From Myxococcota bacterium (GTDB lineage Bacteria > Myxococcota_A > Bradymonadia > UBA7976 > UBA1532), in contig JAYZEG010000037.1 of NCBI GenBank assembly GCA_036337435.1, positions 1 through 64,000 on the forward strand: a stretch of DNA of 64,000 nt, written 5' to 3'. The notes below the pieces were generated by a model. It was given only the letters and a program-made list of their open reading frames with translations. It was not told the DNA's origin and did not search any database. The position numbers and the translations under genes are program-made. Each line of letters begins with the position of its first letter. The stretch's first letter is position 1. Positions 51,635 to 61,200 of the stretch are shown piece after piece.

Positions 51635-53182
51635 ATGAAACCAACGGTGATTCTAAATCGATGCGCAGACTATGATACACAGCGGATTGAAGAACTGGTT
51701 TTCAAGGGTCTTGAGCGTCTCGACTTGTATCCTCGGGGGCGCACTCTAGTTAAGCCAAACTGTGTAACCAGCGGCCCATACTTTCCTCACGCACACACTC
51801 GAGTCGAATTTCTCGAAGGTGTACTACGCGCCATCGAGCGGCGTGCACCCGAGCCGTTGGATGAACTCGCTGTAGGCGAACGATGCGGCATTACAGTGCC
51901 GACTCGCTTCGCCTATAATGGGGCAAATTACTATCCACTTCGGAAACGAATTAAAGGACTCAAATTCTACCATTTTGAGGAGTGTCCGCAGGTCGAAATC
52001 CCCCTCTATCACGAGGGTCGATTGCGGGATTCATTTTTTACCCCTGAGCCCGTTGCACAGGCTGACTTCTTCGTAAATTGCCCGAAGTTTAAGGCTCACC
52101 CCTGGACGACGGTCACCTTTTCTATGAAGAACTATATTGGGATTCAAGACGACCGCCATCGTCTGTTGGACCATGATCATCGCCTCAATGAAAAAGTGTC
52201 CGACCTGCAGTATATCGTGCAACCGCAGTTTGTAGTGACCGATGGCATTATCGCCGGTGAGGGCCGTATGCTCACCCCAACCCCCTTCGATTTAGGTTTG
52301 GTCGCCATGGGAAACAATCAGGTCGCCTTCGATTCTGTATGTTGCCATATCATCGGTGTCGATCCCATGAGTGTTGAACACATTAGACTGGCCTATGAAA
52401 ATGGTTTCGGGCCCGTAGACCTCTCGGAGATCGACATTGTTGGCGACCTCAGCCTCGACGAAGCCAAAGAACGTGGTCAGGGATTCGAAGTCGGGCTGAT
52501 ACGGGTTGAAGACTACTTCAAGGGAACCAAAATAAGAGCCTACGGCGGCCGACCACCAAGTGATGGTGGCCATGATTATTGCTGGGGAGGCTGTCCTGGA
52601 GCCCTTGAAGAAGCCATTGAAATCATGCGCTTATATGATCAACAAACCGATGAAAAACTACCACCGATGCACGTGGTATTCGGAGAGTATGACAAACCCA
52701 TTCAACCAGGTCCGGGTGAGAAGATCATTTTTATAGGAGACTGCGCTAAATACTCTGGTCAACTGGGGGAGCAACTCGTTCAACTGGAGAGTGTGTACGT
52801 TGACCGGAGTCAAAAACAGCCCTTGGATGCGGAGGCTGACGATATTTTTATGAAAATGTGGTCGGTGCGACGAAAGATGGCCAAGCTCAAAAACCAAGAT
52901 TATATTCGCATCGCTGGATGTCCCGTCAGCGTTGCGGAGCAAACTTTAATTTTGATCCAATTGGGCGGTCTTAAAAGCCCCTACTTCGATCCGAAGCAAG
53001 TCGTGCCCTTCGTGAGTGCCTATTTATCCTCGCGTACTCGAACGGCGTTCTCTCGTCTCTTTGGGATCAAATACAATCAGCCAGGCCCAATGTTACGGGG
53101 TCGGGCACGCCCCAAACTCAACTTACCCCCACCCGGGGTGCCGACCCCTCTTGAATTAAAATCACTGCCGTCTAAAGGCTAG
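51635..53182 (+). CDS. DUF362 domain-containing protein (probable Fe-S)
   Basis: LVKPN, PKFKAH, SMKNYIG, DGIIAGEG, VAFDSV; GAGGAG RBS. Confidence 0.85.
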   Translation: MKPTVILNRCADYDTQRIEELVFKGLERLDLYPRGRTLVKPNCVTSGPYFPHAHTRVEFLEGVLRAIERRAPEPLDELAVGERCGITVPTRFAYNGANYYPLRKRIKGLKFYHFEECPQVEIPLYHEGRLRDSFFTPEPVAQADFFVNCPKFKAHPWTTVTFSMKNYIGIQDDRHRLLDHDHRLNEKVSDLQYIVQPQFVVTDGIIAGEGRMLTPTPFDLGLVAMGNNQVAFDSVCCHIIGVDPMSVEHIRLAYENGFGPVDLSEIDIVGDLSLDEAKERGQGFEVGLIRVEDYFKGTKIRAYGGRPPSDGGHDYCWGGCPGALEEAIEIMRLYDQQTDEKLPPMHVVFGEYDKPIQPGPGEKIIFIGDCAKYSGQLGEQLVQLESVYVDRSQKQPLDAEADDIFMKMWSVRRKMAKLKNQDYIRIAGCPVSVAEQTLILIQLGGLKSPYFDPKQVVPFVSAYLSSRTRTAFSRLFGIKYNQPGPMLRGRARPKLNLPPPGVPTPLELKSLPSKG

Positions 53183-53272
53183 TTCAATGACCATTGTGTT
53201 GAACGAGAACGTCGCTGTGGTTCAGTCTCCAGTCGACCGGCAGCACATCCCTCGCCATAAGGCTTTGCGGTC

Positions 53273-54358
53273 ATGGGTAGCCTAGTCGAAGCTTGGTCAC
53301 GGGTGATCGTTCATGCGGACATGGATGCATTTTTTGCCGCCGTCGAAGAACTTGATGATCCAACGTTAAAAACGTGTCCATTGGCCATTGGTGGCCGCAC
53401 GTCCCGAGGTGTTGTCGCAACGGCAAACTACCTGGCCCGACGCTATGGAGTGCGCAGTGCAATGCCTATGGCAACTGCAAAACGATTGTGTGCAAATCTG
53501 GTTGTAGTCCGGCCGAGAATGGACCGTTACCGAGAGGTCTCAAAATGCGTTATGAGGGTATTGCACTCATTTAGTCCACGATTGGAGCCACTCAGTCTGG
53601 ATGAAGCCTTTCTCGATATGACAAACCGCAGCGATGCTTTCAACAGTCCGGACGATTTGGGCCATAAAATAAAAACCCGGGTCTTTGAAGCGACGGGGGG
53701 ATTGACAGTTTCGGTCGGCATTTCCAATACGAAAGCGGTCGCCAAAATTGCGAGCGATTTCAAAAAACCCAACGGGTTGACGATTGTCTACCCCAACATG
53801 GTGGCAGATTTCTTGGCACCCCTGCCTGTATCAAAACTGTGGGGCGTGGGCCCAAAAGCACACGAAAGGATGACAGCCGCGGGCTTTACGACCATCGGAG
53901 ACGTGGCGAAGGCCAGCGACCAAGAACTGGGTCGTCTGGGCACCAATGGACCGGCTTACAGGCGTCTAGCCCAAGGCGTCGATTACCGGAGTGTTGGCTC
54001 GAAAGGACGACCTAAAAGCATTGGTTGGGAGCGAACACTAGAGATTGATCTCCCCCTCTCCGATGCGCTCATGGAGCACGTCAAAGCGTCTGTGATGGGC
54101 GTGTGCGAGCGAATCAAGAATCGGAATTTGAAGGCGGGTGGTGTTCGAGTCAAACTCAAAACATCCGATTTCAAAAACATCACTCGCCAGCAACATTTAC
54201 CGGAAGCGACCGACGACCCAGAAAAAATCTTAGTCGCCGCCACCACACTTCTCAACAGCATCAAACCAGGCAATACCTACCGACTCGTTGGTGTCGCCAC
54301 CTTCGCATTGGTCCACGAGGCAGAGGGCATGCAAATGACGCTATTCGACCATCAGTAG
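53273..54358 (+). CDS. dinB: DNA polymerase IV
   Basis: HADMDAFFAAVE, ATANYLARRYGVRSAMP, SLDEAFLD, KIASDFKKPNG, LWGVG; C-terminal QMTLF clamp-binding motif. Confidence 0.97.
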   Translation: MGSLVEAWSRVIVHADMDAFFAAVEELDDPTLKTCPLAIGGRTSRGVVATANYLARRYGVRSAMPMATAKRLCANLVVVRPRMDRYREVSKCVMRVLHSFSPRLEPLSLDEAFLDMTNRSDAFNSPDDLGHKIKTRVFEATGGLTVSVGISNTKAVAKIASDFKKPNGLTIVYPNMVADFLAPLPVSKLWGVGPKAHERMTAAGFTTIGDVAKASDQELGRLGTNGPAYRRLAQGVDYRSVGSKGRPKSIGWERTLEIDLPLSDALMEHVKASVMGVCERIKNRNLKAGGVRVKLKTSDFKNITRQQHLPEATDDPEKILVAATTLLNSIKPGNTYRLVGVATFALVHEAEGMQMTLFDHQ

Positions 54359-54490
54359 TGTGCCAGTACAATACCCGATGCGATCTCTCTCGTTGTTCAT
54401 TTCACTCAGAAAATGAAACCTAAGCCCTTCAGCGCGCCTCCAAAATACATGGGGTGCTGTTTGAATGCGCTCCTGGGCAAGGTGCGTCCA

Positions 54491-55798
54491 ATGGCAAAAC
54501 AACATTCAGTAAAAGCCGGTCTACGCAAGATGGTGGGAGGAGCCATACTCGTCGGAGTCAGTGTCGCGCTGGCCACGTTCGGCGGTGGCCTCTCAGACTG
54601 GACTGGTCTCGGGGGACCATCGGATGACATCGTCCAACGCTTTGTCGCCAAACAAGTCCCCCACGGTGCTCGAACGACGTATCAACTCGCCCAGGCCCCG
54701 ATGGCCACCTACCGGTCGGATGCGTACGAGGACGACCGGTATGGAGCGGATGTGCTTCTCTCGCCCTCGCTCTCGTATGCGGCCAACGACGTCGCATTCT
54801 TCTATCAGCAGACTCGGCGTCTTGCACCCAGCGAGGTTCTCTCGTCATTTTTAAATGCAGGGGGTGCTCCCTATTGGGGTGTTCACCAAACCGTCTTGGT
54901 GACAACGCTCGAAGGCGACCAACCCATCCGTGAACTCCTCGCGGAGGCGGTCGCTAATTTTGATGGCCAGCCACACATCGGCCTCGGAGAAACGAGGGTA
55001 ATGGATGACCCACGACTCCGAATAATCACCCTCCTTCTCGCCAAAAAGACATTCGATTTCCATAGGCTTAAAAAGTCGCTGAATGCCGGTCAGAAAACCC
55101 GTATCACTGGCAAATTAGAGGCCGGCTATACAGCACCACAAATTCTCGCGATGAACCCAGCAGGACAGATTCGGTCGATCCCTGTACGCACCCATGCAAA
55201 CCAATTCCAGTTTAATTTACAAACGAGCCCGGGGCGTTGGACAATTGAAGTCATTGCGACGGGACCTGTAGGGCCAATTCCGTTGGCACAGGTCGAGTTG
55301 TACGTCTCCGAACCACCACCAAACCGAATTGAGTACCGATGGCCTCAAAATGAGGACTCGATAAAAAGTCCATCCACGTATCTGACAACGTTGGTCAATC
55401 TATCTAGGAAGGAAGCCGGCCTAAAAGAACTCAAACGGGTGCGCATTCTAGATTGGGTTGCTTGGCAACATAGCGAAGACATGCGAATTCACGAGTATGT
55501 CGGCCACTTTTCCCCCAGAAGTGGGATGCTTACCCAACGCCTTGATCGAGTGGCATACGATCGAAATTCAGCCGGAGAGAATGTCGCGCTCAACTCCACC
55601 ATAGCAGACGCGCATCAGGGGCTTATGCATAGCCTGGGCCACCGACGAAATCTTTTGAATGGCGACTACACGGAACTTGGTATTGGTGTGAGGAAAGGAC
55701 GGATAGGCTGGTATATCACGCAGATTTTCAGCGGTGGTGGAGCCAGCGAGCGTCTGGAGCGAAACAAGCACGCAAACCTTACGCTTGGAACGAAATAA
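54491..55798 (+). CDS. CAP (SCP) domain-containing exported protein
   Basis: C-terminal HSEDM...GH...GENVA...LMHSLGHRRNLL...LGIG; N-terminal hydrophobic segment. Confidence 0.85.
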   Translation: MAKQHSVKAGLRKMVGGAILVGVSVALATFGGGLSDWTGLGGPSDDIVQRFVAKQVPHGARTTYQLAQAPMATYRSDAYEDDRYGADVLLSPSLSYAANDVAFFYQQTRRLAPSEVLSSFLNAGGAPYWGVHQTVLVTTLEGDQPIRELLAEAVANFDGQPHIGLGETRVMDDPRLRIITLLLAKKTFDFHRLKKSLNAGQKTRITGKLEAGYTAPQILAMNPAGQIRSIPVRTHANQFQFNLQTSPGRWTIEVIATGPVGPIPLAQVELYVSEPPPNRIEYRWPQNEDSIKSPSTYLTTLVNLSRKEAGLKELKRVRILDWVAWQHSEDMRIHEYVGHFSPRSGMLTQRLDRVAYDRNSAGENVALNSTIADAHQGLMHSLGHRRNLLNGDYTELGIGVRKGRIGWYITQIFSGGGASERLERNKHANLTLGTK

Positions 55799-55802
55799 AC
55801 CC

Positions 55803-57146
55803 CTATGGACGAGACGAAAGCGTCAACGTATAGGATGCGCTGCCGCCCTGAAATCCGGAAATCCGAATGAGTGCCGGTCCTGAATGCTCGACCACCTCAC
55901 CGTCGTCTTGACTAAACCCCCCGACCACCTCTCCGCTTTGGTCACGCAGTGGCCCGTCGACGGAGGTATCCCAGACGGCGACATCCAAATCACCAACGTC
56001 ATGGGCAAAGTCCAGATTGAGTCGCCAAGACCCGGTCTCGTTGATCTGGAAAAAGTCAGCATAACCGTCACAAATGCCGCCTCTCATGGTACCAAAGCCT
56101 AAGGGTGCTGCTTGCATAGACGAATTGTTTGGTTCCGAGTCCTCGTCGGGGCCATCGCATCGGTTCTCGACCATGGGCGGTGCAGGTGCTGTCCAATCCT
56201 GGTCCGGGTTATTTGCAACCGCGACCAAATCTAGGTCTCGCGCCCCTGTGGAATCATCGGCAATGATGCGCATATCGGAGCGACGCACGATAACGACCGT
56301 TGGATAAGCTCGAACAACGCCTGAGGTCGCCATGTATCCACCACCTCCTGGTTGAGTATCGGCATCACCAACCCGAATCCCAACGTCTCCAATGTATCTG
56401 GACAGATGACGATTGGCGATTTCACTCGTACAAGGCGCGTGATTATCATCTTCGAGTTCGATGAAAATAATTCGACCACCTGCAGCTTCTATTTCTGCGG
56501 CCGATTCAGCGATCCGCTGCGCATACGACGTACATGCGCCGCACCAGGTTGTACCCACCACGAAGATCATGATGCTAACGGACTCATCGCAGTGTAACTC
56601 TCCGAATCTGAGTGGTTTTACCTCGCCACCTGGGTAATGGGCATTCTCCCAATACACGTAGGGAATCGGTGCGGGTAAGTCACACGGGCATTCGCCGCTG
56701 CCTTGAGTCCTTATCGACCTTAGATAGGGGGAAAAGTCCGCGGGATAAGTGCAGGTATTAAGCGCACCTTCAATCCCACCCAGGCTGGCAATGACCGACA
56801 CTTTGCCATCAGATTTAATCTCAGCAAATGCAGGCCTAGGATCATCATCAAAAGACGCGACATCAGGATTTGATGTCGTCCATTGAACATCATTTGTCAA
56901 ATCGCGTTCGGTTCCGTCATCAAAAATACCCGTGGCGACGAAGTTCTTTGGCGTACCTGGCAACAGTGGCTTGATTCCAGCCATTGATACTCGGATTTCG
57001 GTTAATCCATCCACGGGTTGCATTTCAGCACCCAAGTCAGTCAACACGCCCGTGTCCGTGCCCGGCGTCGGAGACCCGCTGCTTCCATCACCGCCACAAC
57101 CAACGGTGAAAAAAAAGAATGCAACCAACAAAATAAACGGGTTCAT
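55803..57146 (-). CDS. Lipoprotein with Big_2, thioredoxin-like (WCGAC) and PPC-like domains
   Basis: FTVGC lipobox; ATGIFDDG...VQWTTSNPDVA; TWCGAC...AYPT; EPNN...DLD. Confidence 0.75.
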   Translation of the reverse strand: MNPFILLVAFFFFTVGCGGDGSSGSPTPGTDTGVLTDLGAEMQPVDGLTEIRVSMAGIKPLLPGTPKNFVATGIFDDGTERDLTNDVQWTTSNPDVASFDDDPRPAFAEIKSDGKVSVIASLGGIEGALNTCTYPADFSPYLRSIRTQGSGECPCDLPAPIPYVYWENAHYPGGEVKPLRFGELHCDESVSIMIFVVGTTWCGACTSYAQRIAESAAEIEAAGGRIIFIELEDDNHAPCTSEIANRHLSRYIGDVGIRVGDADTQPGGGGYMATSGVVRAYPTVVIVRRSDMRIIADDSTGARDLDLVAVANNPDQDWTAPAPPMVENRCDGPDEDSEPNNSSMQAAPLGFGTMRGGICDGYADFFQINETGSWRLNLDFAHDVGDLDVAVWDTSVDGPLRDQSGEVVGGFSQDDGEVVEHSGPALIRISGFQGGSASYTLTLSSRP

Positions 57147-57232
57147 CGGGTCAGCCTCCCTGAATAGTGCCATCCTAGTTTATTAGGCCGTTCGACATTG
57201 AACAAGCGGGGATTTCACTCTTGGATGATACC

Positions 57233-58234
57233 CTAATGGCGTCCAATAGATCGAATATCAGCCACCGTGTCAGCGAGAGTCTGAGTCCACTCTCTCGGTA
57301 TGAAACCCAGTTCGTCGCGTGCGCGCGACCAGTTGATATACCAAAAATGACAGCCCATTTCGAAAGTGACCCGGTCAAGGCCTCCAAATACGGGCATGGA
57401 TGACATGCGCTTGATGAATCCACCCGAGCGTTTGATCAGTGTATTTGGAATCGTGAATGCTGGCGCGCGCACAGCACTGACTTGCTCAAGGCCAACCAAG
57501 AAATCGCGAATGGTACAATTAGCAGCACCCATCAAGTAACCCACACCCGGCACCCCATGGGTCATCAGATTCGGTAGAGCCGCCGCAACATCTCGAACAT
57601 CAACCAGACTCATCCCGCCGGGCAGAGCGGCCTTGATCTCCCCAGACAAAAATCGAGCTACATCACCCGTGCTGCTCGCGTTATAGTCACCAGGACCCAG
57701 TAAGAGCGTTGGCCGTGCGATCCGAACAGGCAGACCCTTTTCGACAAAGTGCGCAATTTCACGTTCGGCAAGAGCCTTAGATTCATAGTACGGCCAACGA
57801 CCGATGAGAGACCACGGGACGGGGCTCGACTCGTGCGCCTCAAAATCCGAACTGGTGCCAACACCAACCGTTCCAGACGTCGACACGCAGACAACGTCAT
57901 TGATCTTTTGGGCGAGACACGCGGCGAGAATATTCCGTGTGCCTGTTACGTGCACATCGTAGAGAAGGCCGCTATCGGCAGGACTGCGAGCGACAGTTCC
58001 GGCAAGATGATAGACTTGATCGATTCCATCAAGAGCATCCATGCAGGTGCTCTGATCGGTTACGCTTCCCTGGTACTGTTCGACACCAAGGTCGGCCAAC
58101 CTGGGCTCCGCGCGGCGCGATAAAGTCCTGACATTGACGTCGAGACAGAGCAATTCTTGGACGACGTGATAGCCCAGAAACCCACTCGCCCCCGTGACCA
58201 GAACCGTCTTTTTCTTCTTGCGGCGTTTCGCCAT
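57233..58234 (-). CDS. elbE: NAD-dependent epimerase/dehydratase (ElbE-like)
   Basis: VLVTGASGFLG, YHLAG, YYESK (YxxxK), VDVRDVA; directly downstream of the ElbD-like gene. Confidence 0.75.
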   Translation of the reverse strand: MAKRRKKKKTVLVTGASGFLGYHVVQELLCLDVNVRTLSRRAEPRLADLGVEQYQGSVTDQSTCMDALDGIDQVYHLAGTVARSPADSGLLYDVHVTGTRNILAACLAQKINDVVCVSTSGTVGVGTSSDFEAHESSPVPWSLIGRWPYYESKALAEREIAHFVEKGLPVRIARPTLLLGPGDYNASSTGDVARFLSGEIKAALPGGMSLVDVRDVAAALPNLMTHGVPGVGYLMGAANCTIRDFLVGLEQVSAVRAPAFTIPNTLIKRSGGFIKRMSSMPVFGGLDRVTFEMGCHFWYINWSRARDELGFIPREWTQTLADTVADIRSIGRH

Positions 58235-58237
58235 GGT

Positions 58238-61200
58238 TTAGAGTCCAAACGTAGATTTAAATTGCATCAATAAATTTGGGTCATTTGTTTTAACCCGACC
58301 ATCCGTAAACTCAGTGAAAGAGGGGACATACCCTTCACGCACAATTTTCGTAAATGTTTTCACATCGGTTTTCAAAACGCAGTCCGCATTTCCATCACTT
58401 GGTCGACCCGGCGTCGCTTCTACATGGTCTTCTTTTGCGCGAAGGGTCCACTTGCCATCGGACTTATCGCCCAAGCTAAAGTACCAAGTCGTCGGTTTTG
58501 AGAGGGCTTCTGGAACAAAGCGACGGGGCAGCTCCTCAAAAATCGCTTCGAGTTCGGATTGGCCACGCGCAGCCGTCTCGCCCGCCAGCCAAGGATACAC
58601 ATCTCCGTCTCGAAGAGCTCTGACCGCGAGGTGGAGAATCTCCGCAATTCGCGCGTACGTCTCGATCCGGTTCATCCCTTTCGTCTGCTCCTCGATAAAC
58701 GCATGATCAATCACCGGTCCAATCACTGCGGTCAACTTACGCTGAGTGGGTACTGCTGCCCCTTTCGGTAAGGCTCGATACGTCCCTCTTAAAAATAAGG
58801 GCAGTACAGACAACTGACTTTTCTGCTGTAGATAGCCTACCCCATGCTTAAATTCTTGAAGTTGGCCATCCGGTGAACGGGTGCCTTCGGGGAATACGAG
58901 GACGATCCGCCCGCGATTTAAAGCTGTTTCTGCATGACGTAGGCTCTTTTCCAAAGACCCACTTCGTTCAACTGGGATGAGGTTTGTAAATGGCTCAAAA
59001 AAGTCGCGTTTATACTGTTTGTCGAAGAAATAGTCACTGGCTGCAAGTGCAGATAGGTTCGGTGCATAATCGCCCAGTGCGTATTTGACCAACCCCATAT
59101 CGAGATGACTCGAATGGTTGCTAATCACCAAAACCTGGCTATTCCTTGGAATGTTTTCGGTTCCTTTTACCTGGACCTTAAACGCTTGGTCGTACAGTTT
59201 TTTCTGAGCCGAACCAAGAAGCTGTCGCCCGACGTCTGCCAATGCATCCGGCATTGGCCGTGGTTCTTGGGCATCGACGACGACGGTCGCTCTGCCAAAG
59301 TCTTTCGAGTCAACCAAGTGCGCTAATTCGCCAACGGTCGAACATGACATAAGACGCTCAGGATCGAGGCTGGTCTTCACCTTTTCCTCGATCAAAAGTC
59401 TCAATTCGACATACTGCAAGCTGCTGAGCCCCAAATCTTGGGTCAAGTGAGTCTCGGGCGTCACATCGACGGATTCGAGTCCTGCCAGAGCAGCAATGGC
59501 ACCGTAGAGCCAAGCTGGCTCGCGCCCGGCGGGGACAGACATGCCCTCACGCCTGGAACTTTTGCCGACGCTGACCAAACGAATGAGTTGTTCTCTCACA
59601 TCCGCCCGCTTAATTTTACGGGTCGCTGTCCTAGGCAGTTTCTCCGTCCAAAATCTCAGCGTGCGAATGCGCTGATGATCCGCGAGACCCATGCCCGTCT
59701 TTGTAAAGTGAGCTTTAATTTGAGCTTGATAATCAGCGGGTGGGTTCTCAACGGGCACGATTAAAGCACCGACCCTTTGGTCACCCTGTGGGTCAGGAAT
59801 GCCAACGATGCAAATTTCCTCGATCAAATCATGGTCACTGTAGACCGACTCAAGCTCATCAGGATAAACATTCTTACCACTGCTGGTCACGATCAATTCT
59901 TTACGTCGACCCACCAGCGTGAGCCGACCATCCTTGTCCAAACGCCCAAGATCGCCGGTGTGCAACCAACCCTCTTTAACCGTATTTCGTGTTGCCTCCG
60001 GGTCATTTAGGTATCCAGCCATGACGTTTGCGCCTCTGGCGACGACTTCCCCGACACCATCAGCATCTGGGTCGAGAACATGCAACTTAACGCCCGGCAA
60101 CCCTGTTCCTACACTGCCTGAGCCCTTTCGATCACCAGGACGGCGCACACTCAGGACGGGCGCGGCTTCGGTTAGCCCGTAGCCTTCTAGAAGCTCGAAA
60201 CCAAGACCTTCGAAAGCATTGAGAACAGGTTCGCTGAGTGCGGCCCCCCCACTGATCAAGTGTCGAATTTGGCCGCCCAGCATGCGATGAACTTCGCTAA
60301 ATGACATGGGTCCGAGATTGACCCCATATTGTTTCTTTAAAAATCGAGACAGCCGCAGCATAGCTGTAAAGGCGAGGTGAGCCGCCTCCCCTCGATCTCT
60401 CACTTCCGTCTCAATTCGACGATGCAAAACATCCCATAGTGCGGGCACGCCAATCAGTCCGGTGGGTCTAAAATCCGAGAGTGCTTCGCGTAAAAGCCCA
60501 CCCTCCAACTCATCGAGATACAAGACATGAGCACCTACACTCAGTGGCATAAGTAATCCGCAGCTGAACTCAAAGGTGTGAAATAACGGCAGGACGCTCA
60601 GAAAGCGGTCTTTATGGTCAACTCGAAACGTCCCATGAAGTGATGCGAGAAGCGCAGTAAAATTGCCGTGTGTCAGCATGACACCTTTTGGGTCGCCCGT
60701 CGTGCCGCTCGTAAAGAGCAAACTGGCAACGTCTTCACTTCGATCTCTGCACTCGATCTCAAGTACGGGCTCAGCATCAAACACGTCACCGACAGAGGCC
60801 ATTGGGCAACTCTGTTCGGGCAATCGGTCCTCATGATGAATTAATAGTTTAGACTGACACTTCGCTATAATTCGACCCAACTCCGCATCAGGCATCTCGA
60901 AATCGACCGGGACAGCGACCGCATCGGCTAAGAGAATCCCAAAGTAAATCATGGGCCAGGCCGGCTCGTTCTTACTCATCAAAACGATGGCGTCTCCCCG
61001 CCTGATCCCTTGGGTCTTCAGATAACCTGCGACTCGGCACGCAGCATCATACACTTCTCCAAAGGTATACGTTGATTCAACACCTTGTTCAGATGTGTAA
61101 AAACTAACCGCTTTGCGTTCTTTATGCGCGCGGCATGCTGTTCGGAACACCTCGACCAAATCACGCGCTTTTGCGACCTTGCGAACGGGCCTCATCCGGT

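Noticed and set aside
53183..53272. LexA box upstream of dinB
   Set aside because: GAAC and GTTCAG half-sites are present but spacing does not fit the myxobacterial or Gram-positive consensus I know
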